Program-made: the position numbers and the translations under genes
In this document: piece by piece, positions 41,086-53,243 of the stretch
Layout: every line of letters begins with the position of its first letter
Position numbering within the stretch: position 1 is the stretch's first letter
Assembly (NCBI RefSeq): GCF_006345805.1
Contig: NC_043008.1
Span: 48,732,001-48,796,000, forward strand
Direction: 5' to 3'
Length of the DNA: 64,000 nucleotides
Source: Octopus sinensis
Taxonomy: Eukaryota
The notes under the pieces: generated by a model
The model's input: the letters and a program-made list of their open reading frames with translations, nothing else
The model's database searches: none
What the model was told of the DNA's origin: nothing

Positions 41086-41310
41086 ATGTTGGTGAAATAG
41101 GCCGTTGCAAACAGATTCATAGTATTCTACCCTGTATGTCAGGGCAACCCATGGCTACTCATTTCAACACAAGGGACCACAACCCCAGCAGCCACTCACC
41201 AGTGTCTGGTGACACTGCACATTATGGATCTACACACTGTCTCCTTGAACAGCACAAACACACAATCCCTACACATACCCTCCCTTCCAACATGAACAAC
41301 ATGCAACTAG
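41086..41310 (+). mobile_element. Penelope-like element GIY-YIG endonuclease fragment
   Basis: YVGEIGRC...QPMATHFNTRDH...PVSG...GSTHCLLEQ...HTLPSNMN follows the PLE pattern YIGETGR...PVAxHFN..H...EQ.LI..LxTLxPxGLN. Confidence 0.6.
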
Positions 41311-41424
41311 GACCCTGTAGATCATGACAAATGCTAGAAGACCGCATCATCATTGAGGGTCTCTGTTGATGGTCACATAGCCTTGACATAGAAAAGACTG
41401 GTCTTTCTCTCCAGATATGGAAAA

Positions 41425-41730
41425 TACAACATTTTCCCCAACAACTTCTAATCCTATACAAAGCTCAAGTAATAACTCTAATGAGATACCACTCACATAT
41501 TTGGGATGGTGTTGCTTCACACACACACACACAGATTTTAGATGAAATCTTACCCCATAAAAAAAAAATCCATTTAGTCACTTGCCAACACACTCCAGCT
41601 TCTGACACACAGACATGATGTCTCCTCACTCTTCTTTTCCACTGCCAATACAGTGGCCACTGCTCCTCAGGACTAACTGGTCTTTTGCTATTTCAAGTCA
41701 AGCACTCCTCCTGACATTCATATTGTACCC
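41425..41730 (+). mobile_element. CR1/L2-group LINE fragment
   Basis: PQQLLILYKAQVITLMRYHSHIWDG resembles LYKAQVRPxMEYCSHxWxG. A related piece LQLYKAKVRS lies at ~40880-40925. Confidence 0.45.
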
Positions 41731-43352
41731 ATCACACCCAGTCCCTGTGCTAACAACTACCTTCAGTCCTTCTACCCCAAAATGTCAATGTTATTCCGTA
41801 TCTAACAAATTGCAATCCAGAGAGACATCAACAATTTTAACCCCACCAAGAAATGGTCACAACTAATTTCTCTGTGTTATATAAAACATTATATATTATA
41901 TTATATTATATATTAGATTTTTGAAGAGTTTGTGACCTTCATACCATTTCTAACGGAATTAACTGCATAAATAAAACTGAAAATGGTCAGATATTCAAAA
42001 GTATTCTGGTGAAATGACTGAGCACCACAACTCATTCTACAGAACATGCAGCAATCATGTTCCATTAAATAAGCTGTATTGTTTTATTGAATGGAAACAA
42101 TGTGGGGGAAGAGAGGACTCTTTCAGTGTAGCTGAGGACATAACAACCCTTCTAGTGCTGGTGCTGTGATCAAATCTACCGAGTACACTGTGTAAAGTGG
42201 TGGGTGTTAGGAAGGACATTAAGCCATAAGCAATGCCTTGCCTGTACACCTTCCATTTCCAAATGGAACGACCAAAACAGGTTTTGTGATCCATTAACAA
42301 GGGTAGTAACTTCAAACAAAGGCTTAGTTCTCATGGATGCCAGTAAAGAAAAGTGAATGTAAAATCATGGCAATGATGATGCAACCAAGTCAAGCAATGT
42401 AAACAAGGAGTATAACAAGTGACTAACCAACTGACCTCAGCACTTAATAAGCTGGTACCTTAACTTTTCTCTCATGGCCATTATATATACCTCTAATTTT
42501 TTATGAACAAGAAAAAGGACTAATTCTGTAAAAGTGGTGGCATATCGAATAGATTTATGTGAATTTTAAATAATTCTAAAGTAATTTTGAGAAAGTGTAG
42601 ATCTGAATAAGCAAAGGATTAGAATTTTGTCCTAATTGGGTGTCAAGTGTCATCAGCTCAGTTGGAGCCACATACAATCTCTTAGGTTCTTAACATCTAC
42701 AGAAATCCACAGTAAATTAGAGTCGCATATATCTGATACTAAGTGAACCAATGAAATTACATCACATACCATAAACTGTATAACCCAAATAGTCTAAGTA
42801 AGAATGTGTATTTAGCCATGTTCCAAAATAGTATTTCTAACTAGGTTGAAATCACAATCCTTAAGTTATCAGAGCAGCATGCTCTCTCCAGGGGTTATAA
42901 CCACAAAATTATTTTAGAGCAAGGCTGAATGTACAGTTATATCTAGAATTAATTAATTCATGTGCTCTATGGTGTGTTACATCATTTTTTTATCGCATGA
43001 ACATTGGTATATAACATTTAATTATTTCAGTGACAACAAGTAACTATGATTTGAACTTCAAATACTGAGGCACCATACTAGGTGCTACATGTAAAGCATA
43101 TTCCAGCACTCAAGTGGCTCTTACAATTAAAACAAAGGAAAGGAGTCGCTCTACATGGTTGTTGAACCTACTAGAAATAGCTGCCAAATCTCCCACAAAT
43201 TATACCTTACTGTATTTAAAAACAGCAGATATTGGATAATAAAGCATGTTCATATAAAAGATGGGCTTACCACAGCTGGAAGACCTATGATCATCCAAAC
43301 TTAATAGTATGAACAAGAAAAATAAATAACATGAGTTAGAGAGAATAAAAGT

Positions 43353-44194
43353 TACAAGGTGGTATCAAAAAGCTCTCAGAATAGTTCTCTAGCATGCCAA
43401 CAGATGGCAGCACACAGCTGCATGCACAGTGAGAGCTAGCAGTGAGTGACCTTCATGAGCCAGTGTGCTAAATGACATCACTGTGTTTACTTCACAAGTT
43501 GTGAAATTTGTGTTTATGTAATCACGTGTCTGCTGTAGTCTGGGATTTTTTGTCATTGAGCATGCTTCGACAAAGTTACGGTGAAGGGGCAATGGGTCGT
43601 ACACAATGTTTCAAGTAGCATGGGTGCTTGGAAAGCGGAAGAACATCTCTGGAAAACAATGAGCATTCTGAAAGACCTGCCACGAGCGTCAACATCCGGA
43701 GATGTGAATAAACTTCATCAGCAGCTCTATGAGGATCATTGGAGGACAGTCAATGATGTTTTGAAGTGTTTGAGGGAGGACATTCAGTGAAAGTGACCAG
43801 ATCTGTGAAGTGCAAAGAATTGAATTCTTCATGATGACAATGCACCATCACCAAGCTCTCCTGACTTGTGAGCTTCTTGCCAAAAACAACATGACATTGT
43901 TTCCACACCTGCCCTATTTGCTAGATTTAGCACCTGTGGACTTACATCACTTCCCCAAGATGCAGATCAAATATCACCATTTAACACCATCATTGTCGAG
44001 ATCAAGAGTAAATTGCTGAAAGTCCTCAACTCGCTCCTGAGAAATGACTTCCAGGTTAGATTCCAAAAATGGAGGAACTGGTGTATTACTGCTCAAGGTA
44101 ACTATTTGGAAAGGAGACGATGTTAAAACTTAGGTGAATAAGTTATTTTGTATTAAACATAACTAGTCTGGGAAGTTTTTGATACCACCACGTA
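43353..44194 (+). mobile_element. Internally deleted mariner element (842 bp) with both TIRs and TA target sites
   Basis: Left TACAAGGTGGTATCAAAAAGCTCTCAGAATAGTT versus right revcomp TACGTGGTGGTATCAAAAACTTCCCAGACTAGTT. Coding remnants DDNAP and PHLPYLLDLAPVDLHHFPK (decayed YSPDLAP motif). Confidence 0.85.
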
Positions 44195-44961
44195 GATGTT
44201 TCACAACAGATACACTTAGTAGATATTCCTAAAAAAACAGCAGATATTATCAAAGACTGTAGATATTACTAAAGACATACAGGCGTCCTTCATATTGTGG
44301 CTACCTCAGGTTATGGGATTTCATGCTTACGGATATTGTAAAGTATAACCATTAATTTCAGGATATGGTCTGTAATTTCACTCTTATGGAAACTTTTAAA
44401 TCGTTAACAATTTAAAATTACACTCCCTCCTTAGCTCAATGGCCACTTGTGTTTTAGCTAAAAATCAAAGTGTATATATATATATATATATAAATAAATA
44501 AATATATACACACACACACACATATATATATATATAAATGATTTGAAAAACAATCATTGTGTTACACTCTTGTATATAAAAAGTATATAATGTGAGTATA
44601 CATATATATATATATGGCTGTGTGGCAAGAAGGCTTAGCCCCATTGCATAGCACATTGGGCAAGTGTCTTCTACTGTACAAAGCTTAAAACAAAAAAGAA
44701 AAGTATTGGGGCCAATTTATTCAACTAAAATTCTTCAAGGTAGTGCCCCAGCATGGCCACAGTCTAATGACTGAAACAAGTCAAAGATAAAGGATGGAAA
44801 ACGGACGCTAAATGATGATGATGATATATAAAGGCATAAATGACAGAACTAGTTTGATGAAATTTTATTTAAAAATAAGAAAATTCAAATATCACAACTA
44901 ATTGTTTCATAACTTAAAACTTGTAAAAAATTTATATTATTATATTTAAGAATAAATAAAT

Positions 44962-45797
44962 TATTGAGTCATTCCATAAATAATGTGGCTTTTCCAATTG
45001 CATGGACTAAAAGTTGGAGGGGGACGGGATAAACAACCTGCATCAACTTACTATAAAAGCAGGTAGTAATTTTACCTTGTACTTATTCTTAGTGCAAGTT
45101 TTGAAGAGTGCAGTTCAATATTAACAGTTATTTTTTCAAAACTAGAAAGGAGGTGACAAAGGAGCATATTCAGCATATTTTGCTTTATGAGTTCAATAAA
45201 GGCAACAACACAACGGAAAGTACGAGAAATATTAATGCAGTATACGGGGTTTGGACAATAAGCGTAAGGCAATGTCAACGGTGGTTCCAGAAATTCAGAG
45301 CCGGAAACTACAGCCAAGAAGACGAGCCTCGTCCTGGAGGAACTAGCAGAGAGCTTGGATTTGGTCATTCAACCATCCATCAACACCTGCATGCCATCGG
45401 AAAAGTCAGCAAATTGTGTCAATGGGTTCCTCACAAACTTTCCAAGTCTAATCATGCGCAGAGAGTGAATGTAAGCTCTTCTTTGCTGTCACTTCTCATG
45501 AATGAATATTTTTTGGACCAAATAGAAACTGGTGATGAGAAATGGGTTCTCTCTAAAAACATCAAGTGTGAAAAACAGTGGGTAAGGAAAGGAGAAACAC
45601 CAGCACCCCAGTCTAAAGAAGGGCTTCACTCACGTAAAGTGTTGTAATCTGTTTGTGGCATATGAAAGGTTTAGCCTACTTTGAACTTTTAAACCCAAAT
45701 CAAACAATAACAAAGGAGATCTACTGTGAGCAACCTGAGTGGCTTACGTCAGTGCAAGAAAAATAACGACAATCTTTGCTTTCAAGAAGAAACGCAG
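44962..45797 (+). mobile_element. Mos1-like mariner transposase remnant, 3'-truncated
   Basis: ORF 45108-45647: HILLYEFNKG HTH, WVPHKL linker, IETGDEKWV first catalytic Asp. TIR-like TATTGAGTCATTCCATAAATAATGTGG at 44962. Stops and frameshifts follow and the sequence ends near 45797. Confidence 0.88.
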
Positions 45798-46204
45798 TGA
45801 TGATGTGGCTTGCATTGGTTAAGATGTTAATGATAGTGGGCAAGTATTGACGGTAGTTTGGCGATCATATTGTTGTGCTGCTAATTGTATTGTGGCTGTT
45901 TAGTTTCAAGTCAATCCTTGTAGACCTAAGGTCAAAGACATTTCATTCAACTTTTACAATACACCAGGATACCACTTTATAAGTTTTTATTTGAAATAGA
46001 TGTGCTTATTTTCTTCAGACTAGATGTTGCTGTGGTGTTGGTAATAGAAACAGACAGCCAAGCATATATACACCCACTCATGCACTCCCCGGATGATGAA
46101 ATATCTTTCAGGCTGCAAAGAGCAACTGATTCCTTCCAGCCTCATGCCTGCTCCCAGCATGGCATCACAAGGCAAACATAAATTGCTGTGTACTGTGCAT
46201 GTGC

Positions 46205-46868
46205 ACTGACATCATTCCTTTACTCATGTGATACACGGATCCTTTACGAATGTCATATAAAGGTCCTTGAATGCTTTCATCTGAGATGTCTGAGATTCTG
46301 AATGTTGGCTGGACCTTAAAAACTCCAGACACACAGGTCCTGAGAAAAGCTGATATCTCGAGTATTGAGGCGATAGTGCACAAGCACCAGTTACATGGGA
46401 CTGGACACTTTATCAGAATGAAGAGTAGCAGGATTCCTAAACAAATGCTATATGGGGAACTTGTTAATGGAAAGAGACCCCGGCAGAAACCAAGGCTGCA
46501 ATTTAAGGACTGTGCCAAGTCCTCATTAAAGGCCTGTGATATGCAGAAGACTGACTGGGTGAGCAATGCCTGTCATCGCTACAGATGGAGGAAGCAGGTT
46601 AAGGAGGGGGTTGACACCTTTGAGAGAGCACAGATTCAGCATGAAGAACTTAAGTGTGCTGCTTGAAAGCTCACTGCCAGTGTAGTGAATGGGGAAAGCT
46701 TGGTTTGCAATGTTTGCAGTCGTGTATGCTTGTCAAGGGCAGGGCTCATTAGCCACCAACAGAGCTGCAAATGCAAAATATAAGCTAGTCCTAGAGGGCA
46801 GAATGTTCCTAAAGGTCAGCAATGGTCTTCCTTGGTCACCAGTGGATGGCCATCATATATATATATAA
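46205..46868 (+). mobile_element. RTE-clade (BovB-like) LINE 3' fragment with terminal C2H2 zinc knuckle
   Basis: ECFHLRCLR, RMKSSRIPKQMLYGELVNGKRPRQKPRLQFKD, then CNVCSRVCLSRAGLISHQQSC, a stop, a short 3' UTR and a (TA)n tail. Confidence 0.8.
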
Positions 46869-47489
46869 AGCTGAAGTTGTTTGTGTATAGCAGGTTTGGT
46901 AGCCTTCAACTAACACTATCTCCTCTGAGACCCTGTTTGGCAAGTTGGCCAAAATTGAGAGTATGATAGAAGAAGGCTTACTCTTCCTTCTGCAGAAGAA
47001 AAAATTCAAATCGGACCAGAAATAGAATAACTGTGAACCAATTATTAATAAAATTTTGTGCAGGTCATGACAGAAAAAAATGAATGTTATTGCAAATAAC
47101 ATAGCAAGCATCAGCAGCATGTTCTATCTATTTTCTATGCACACACACACACACACACACATCATCATCAAAAAAAAAAAAGCAACACTTGGTTACAACA
47201 AGGGTTCCAGCTGATCTGATCAATGGAGCAACCTGCTTGCCAGCAGGACACACAATGTGACATGGCCGGTCCTTTCAATTACAGGGACTCGTTTTTGCCA
47301 GCTGAGTGGACTGGAGCAATGTGAAGTGTCTTGCACAAGGACAATGTTCCACCAGGAATCAAACTCACAACCTTACAATTGTGAGTTGAGTACCCTAACC
47401 ACTGACCCATTTGCCTTCACACACACACACACAAAAGTGTGTGTGTGTGTGTGTATGTGTGTGTTTACAGTTTTATCTGCAAAAATATT

Positions 47490-48785
47490 CAACTAATGGC
47501 AAAGTCTTAGTAAGTAGGAAGGCAGACAAATCACAAATCCCTTCAGGTAGATGGCTCTGCTTGATTTGTAGCAAAGACGTAGGTAGAAACTCCGTAAAAT
47601 GTACCCAGTGTAAGCTATGGACACATAAGAGGTGCAGCAATATCGAAGGAAGGTTGACTGGGAGGACAGTTTTTCTGTATGCAAGATGCACAGGTGCAAT
47701 AAACATAAAAAATGTACAGAAAACAGATTCCATCACATAGCTTCAGTTACCTAGGTCAGCAGTGGGGGTGGATGCTCTGAGAGCATAGCTGCTAGAATAA
47801 AAATAGCCTGAGCAAAGTTCAGAGAGCTCTTACTCTGCTGGTAACAAAACGCCTCTCGCTCAGAGTGAAAGGTAGACTGTATGATGCCTGTGTGCAAACA
47901 GCCATGCTACACGGCGGTGAAACATGGGCCATGAGTACTGAGAACATGTGTAGACTTGAAAGAAATGAAGCTAGTATGTGCAACTGGATGTGTAATATCA
48001 GTGTGCATACGCAACACAGTGTAAGCACCTTGAGAGAAAAGTTGGACATAAGAAGCATCAGATGTGGTGTGCAAGAGAAACGACTGCACTGGTATGGTCA
48101 TGTGATGCATATGGATGAGGACAGCTGTGTGAAGAAGTGTCACACCCAAAACAGTGGAGGGAACTTGTGGAAGAAGTAGACCCGGAAGACATGGGATGAG
48201 GTGGTGAAGCACGACCTTCAAACAGTGGGCCTCACAGATGCAATGCCAAGTGACCGGGACCTTTGGCGATATGCCATGCTTGAGAAGATCCAGCAAGCAA
48301 AGTGAGATTGTAGTCGTGGCTGATGCCAGTGTCACATAACTGGCCCGTTTGAAAGAACCCTTCAATCATTGGGTGACATGGTGTGCTTGTGAAGACTTGT
48401 TGAACCAAGTGAAATTGTAGTTGTGACTGATGCCAGTTCCACCTGACTGGCACCCATGCCAGTGGCACATAAAAAGCACCATTCAAGCTTGGCTGACGCC
48501 AGTGCTGCCTTACTGGCACCCGTACTGGTGGCACGTAAAAAGCAGCATTTGAGCGTGGCCGATACCAGTGCTGCCTGACTGGCTCTTATTCTGGTGGCAC
48601 GTAAAAATCAACCACTACACTCTCAGAGTGGTTGGCATTAGGAAGGGCATCCAGCTGTAGAAACCTTGCCAGATCAGATTGGAGCCTTTGTGCAGCCTCC
48701 CAGCTTGCTAGTTCTCAGTCAAACAAGCCAACCCATGCCAGCATGGAAAGTGGACGTTAAACAGCGACACTGATAATGATGATGA
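47490..48785 (+). mobile_element. RTE-type LINE 3' half (PHD finger + RT thumb + C-terminus) with sub-repeated 3' UTR and (GAT)n tail
   Basis: GRWLCLICSKDVGRNSVKCTQCKLWTHKRC, FSYLG..SSGGGCSESIAARI, KGRLYDACVQTAMLHGGETW, RLHWYGHVMHM, KTWDEVVKHDL. The 3' UTR has repeated GTGCCAGTGGCACRTAAAAAGCACC units and ends GGACGTTAAAC...GATGATG. Confidence 0.85.
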
Positions 48786-49225
48786 AATACACATTTGCAG
48801 AGCAGTGTAGAGGGTCAGCTATAGAGGTTAAGTGTGTAGAAAGCAGAGTGTTTGATTACTTCAAAGGTGTAGTTATGAACATATCTCAGCCAACAATTCA
48901 TGAATTGACAACCAAAGTCCTGTTGATATCACATGACCACTTACTTTCACTTTCGCAACCAGTTTATTGACAATCACAGACATTTGCTCAGGCAGTTAAA
49001 TGAAACTAGTGCTAATGGTCTAGTTACTTGCTTCCACCCTACCACCACATACATGTGTGTGTGTGTTTGTGTGTGCGGGGGCAGGTTCTTGACAAGCCAA
49101 GTCAGCAGCCTCAATTTATGCCAGTGGGAGAAGCATAAATGCAACACATTCCTCATAATTCCCTCCTTAAAAAACACCACAATGCTTAAGTAAGAATCAG
49201 TTACAGGATTGTCAGTTAGTAGCCT

Positions 49226-49434
49226 CAATAATAATCTTTTCTACTCTGGGTACAAGGCCTGAAATTTTTTGGAGGAGGGGGCCTGTCGATTAGATCGACC
49301 CCAGTAGGCAACTGGTACTTAATTTATCGACCCCGAAAGGATGAAAGGCAACAGAATTTGAACTCAGAACGTAAAGACAGATGAAATATCGCTAAGCATT
49401 TCGCCCAGCATGCTAACAACTCTGCCAGCTCACC
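49226..49434 (-). mobile_element. SINE family A, well-preserved copy
   Basis: Full head-to-tail copy. Further copies at roughly 31270-31500, 31550-31740, 37410-37640, 57470-57550, 58130-58330, 58960-59240, 62620-63000 and 63500-63710. Confidence 0.75.
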
Positions 49435-51212
49435 AACTTCATAATAACAAAGTTAAGAAGTTAGACAAGATGCTTCAGACTACGGGAATGACTTGCATTT
49501 CTCAGCTGAAATTCCTCCATGGTCTACTTAATCCTTCATTGTACCAGAGCAGTATAAGTACCAGTCATATACTAGGCACGATGCAATCATTTATACGCAT
49601 TCATGACCTTGTGTTCACAGAATGAAACTCAAAAGCAACAGGGCAGGGGGGAGTTGAGCATGGGTTACAGACAGGCGTCGCTGACGACATACTTCTAGCT
49701 CTGTGGTACTCTATGGTACTCTTTGCAGTTCTTAACTCGGAAGGAAATCAATAATGAAATAGAAAAATGTTTACTTTTAGTCCATCTCCATTATCCACAA
49801 CACACTGCTTTGTGCATCAATAATTAATGAAAATGTTTAATAATAAAGACAGATGGGAACTATAATGGTCAAACTTGTAAGACTAACATCAAGGAGGTGA
49901 GTAAAAGGGGAATCAAAGCCAGATTATGGAATCAGTTTATCAATATAGACAATAAGATACATCAAAGCAGATGAAAGAGTAATTACTGCGTAGATTACAC
50001 TGAGTATGTCTTTTAAATAAAACACGCCAAAATCCAAATTGCTATTAAAAATGACACTGCGGTTGAGGAATTTGTGGAAATGGAAGAAAAGTAGGCTACA
50101 GACTTTAGGGGCTCTTGTTTGGCACTTTATATTCCTTCTTGTAAATACTGAAGACATTAATTTATTTTCTGTTCCATCAGGGTTGGTCAATAAATATTAG
50201 TGTATGTTTGTAATATTCTTCCATAACTTTACAAAATTTGGCAAGCATCTAAAAGCTTTTATTGAGTATTTCTTACAGAGAACCACTGAGAGGGTTTTAT
50301 GTAATCTAGCTATGTATGAAATGCTCAGTCCCCCATAAGAACTGAACTCAGGCTAATAAAATACTCAACAAATGCTACAGTAGTGATTTGTTGGTATTTG
50401 GTGAGATGGACTGAATCATTTGAGAATGAAGTGCGTTTAATGGACACCCAGTTCTGTGTCGGTAGCATGACATACATTCTTAAACTTTCAGATAGCTCAG
50501 CCGACAGTTATGTGACAGTCACGGCTTTCCAGAGGGTATCAATGATGTCTGTAACTGGGAAAATATATCAGGATATCAATGGTGATATAACTGAGAATAT
50601 GGTCCAGGGTACCAATGATGTTTATAATTGAGAAATAAGCAGATTGAAAACTCAGCTCAATAAAAGTGTACCACAACTCGGCACTTAGCACTAAGTAGAA
50701 ATAAAAAAGAAGAGATTATCTTCAAACGATGCATGCAGTCATAACAAGAGATTAATTTTAATTTTCATGCCATTATCAATGATAACAGCAGAGAACTACA
50801 GCTACATTCATGTGTCTGTAACAAAAGGACAAACAACATGACTAACTGCTCCACCAATCCAGTCTTGCTAGAGTGTTTCTGATTCTATTTCCATATGTCG
50901 CCAACAGACTTTGGTAATTCAATCTACAAGGAATAACATGTGGCTACTATTAGAGTTACAGCTCAATATTTTCATACAACACTCTGCAGGATGGTGGATG
51001 TTATGGAGAAGGTAGTGATATGCCTGCCCGGGGAATTCAATCCAATAAAACTGTTTACCTTACTTTGGTAAAGGCACAATGCTACAACTTCCCATTTCCA
51101 CTCCACAAGTTTTATGGTCCATATAAACAGTAGTTATTAAGAAAGATCAAAGGAAACAGTGATTTCATTTTCCTACAATCAAGACTTAGATGAATAGCAA
51201 TTGAATTAAATA

Positions 51213-51540
51213 GGCACAGGCACTGGCTGTGTGGTAACAAGTTTGCATCCCAGTCACATGCCTTCAGGTTCTGTCCCACTGCATGGCACCTTGAGCAGGT
51301 GTCTTCTACTACAACCCCAGGCTGACCAAAGGCCTTGAGAGTAGATTTCATAAACGGAAACTGAAAGAAGCCCGTTGCATATACATGTGTTTTCATGTTT
51401 GTGTCTGTTTCCTATCACTCCTTGACGACTGATGTTGGTTTGTTTACATCCCTATAACTTGGCAGTTCAGCAAAAGATGTTGATAGAAAAGTAACTGACT
51501 TAAAAAATAGTACTGGGGGCTGTAGTCCAATGACTGAATC
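51213..51540 (+). mobile_element. tRNA-derived SINE family C (TGGCTGTGTGGTAA...GGTTCTGTCCCACTGC...CTTGRGCARGTGTCTTCTACT...GGAAACTGAAAGAAGCCC)
   Basis: Related copies at ~26600-26750(+), ~44615-44790(+) and ~53570-54110(-). Confidence 0.65.
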
Positions 51541-52963
51541 AAGTGAAAGACAAAAGAAAGATAACAAGGGACCCATTACAGGTTACTTTCCCTGCTAGAA
51601 ACAGCAGCCAAATCTTCCCTATACTGTATTGTTTAAAAAAAAAAAAAGAACACATTCAATAATGTAGTTGTAGATACACTGAGTCTGCGAAAAAAGTTGG
51701 AATGATGATAGTTGGAATGGCTTTGACTATAGGTAGGTCTGCTCAGTCAAAGATAACCTAGGGTTAAAAAACCACAAATAATTTCAGTAAAGTCTACAAT
51801 GGCACATACAGTATTTTTTTTGTGTAGGTTTGATGAATATAGTTGACCTGACTCAACCAAGAAGAGACAAATGGATCTGAGCTCAGAAATTTTGGTAAAA
51901 ACTTAATTACCGGAAGATATTTAGGGCCATTGCTCCTGTCTTCCTGTTATTCCATTCACCATTATGGTAACAAAATCAATTCTTTAATGAAAGAACCGCC
52001 ATGAAAGGACATACAACGTACACAGATCATCATCATCGTTTAACGTCTGCTTTCCATGCTGGCATGGGTTGGACGGTTTGACTGAAGGCTGCACCAGGCT
52101 CCAATCTGATCTGACAGAGTTTCTACAGCTGGATGCCCATCCTAATGCCAACTACTCCGACTGTGTAGTGGGTGCTTTTTACATGCCACTGGCATGAGGG
52201 CCAGTCAGATATTCAAACTCCTTAATAAGAAGTAAGATATGTGTGAGAGAAAGAAAGAGAGAGAAGGAAAGAGAAAGAGACCCGGGGGTACTGAAGATGA
52301 TATTGTAAATCAGATTTGGTGTGCAAGAGAGATGAGAGCACTGGTAGAGACATGTGCTTGGATGATAACAGATGTGTAAAGAAGTGTCAGCTTAACAGTT
52401 GTTACCCATCTTTCACCAAAGAACTGGTTTCTCATCAAAAATAATTATTCTTTACCTTCAAAGTATCAGGTTTTAGAGTTAATGAGTTTGTCCGAATTCT
52501 GTGTTGTTCTCAAGAATTGTAGCCACATCAGTGAAATGAGAAGTGAAAATGCTATAACCAGGAACCAAAACTGCTTCATAGATTCATCTAGAAGATATTT
52601 TACCAAAACTCTGTGACCAGTGCCAACCTGCTACAGAATATTCTCAGTGATCCTGAGGTTTACTTTGGGATTTCTTATTTTAAATGTTTCAACTTCACCA
52701 ATGTTCCCATTTTAAGTTTTCATACCTGATTAAATAATCCCTATTAATTATGAAGACCTAATGTTTGCACAAAAAAGGCAGCAAACCAGCAGAGCCCTTA
52801 GCACCATTGGACCAAATGTTAAGCAGCATTTCTTGCAGCTCTTTTACCTTTTCAATTCAATTCCCACCAAGGCCAACTTTCTATATTTAAGAGATGAGGA
52901 ATTATTTACATTATTTACATTATTTACATTTGACGGATATTTATCCTCATCTTGTTTGTTGTT

Positions 52964-53009
52964 AACACAATGTTTCGGCTGATATACCTTCCAGCCTACA
53001 TCAGGTGTC
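52964..53009 (-). ncRNA. Minimal type I hammerhead ribozyme motif (A9U variant)
   Basis: Minus strand GACAC-CTGATGT-A-GGCTG-gaaggtatat-CAGCC-GAAA-CA-TT-GTGTT. Confidence 0.7.
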
Positions 53010-53199
53010 TTGGGGAAATTTCGAACCTGGGTTCTCATTCCTAAGGTATTTTTCAACGTTATTACGATTATTATTGTTATTATTCAGGTCACTGCTTGGA
53101 ATCGAACTCAGAATCTTGGGGTTAGTAGCCCGTGCTCTTAACCACTACGCCATATGCCCGTGGGCCCATGGGCATATGGTGTAGTCGAAATTTTCACAA

Positions 53200-53243
53200 G
53201 ACACCTGAAGAAGGCTGGAGGGTATATCAGCCCAAAACGTGTT
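53200..53243 (+). ncRNA. Minimal type I hammerhead ribozyme motif (G12C variant, 3' side damaged)
   Basis: GACAC-CTGAAGA-A-GGCTG-gagggtatat-CAGCC-CAAAACGTGTT. Confidence 0.55.

Larger units (their letters stand above)
40387..42061. repeat. ~122-bp inverted repeat pair (40387-40509 / 41941-42061)
   Basis: AACATGACTGCTGCATGTTCT...GTTGTGGTGCTCAGTCATTTCACCAGAAT...GAATATCTGACCATTT...AAATGGTAT is matched in reverse complement at roughly 90% identity. Confidence 0.85.

Noticed and set aside
44275-44450. TACAGGCGTCCTTC, a possible Tigger-type TIR start
   Set aside because: No partner TIR or coding remnant found.
53087-53159. Functional tRNA gene
   Set aside because: Poor acceptor-stem pairing, an atypical ACT anticodon, no Pol III T-run terminator, and it is embedded in a repeated composite unit; treated as a SINE head. 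The same applies to the other tRNA-like heads.
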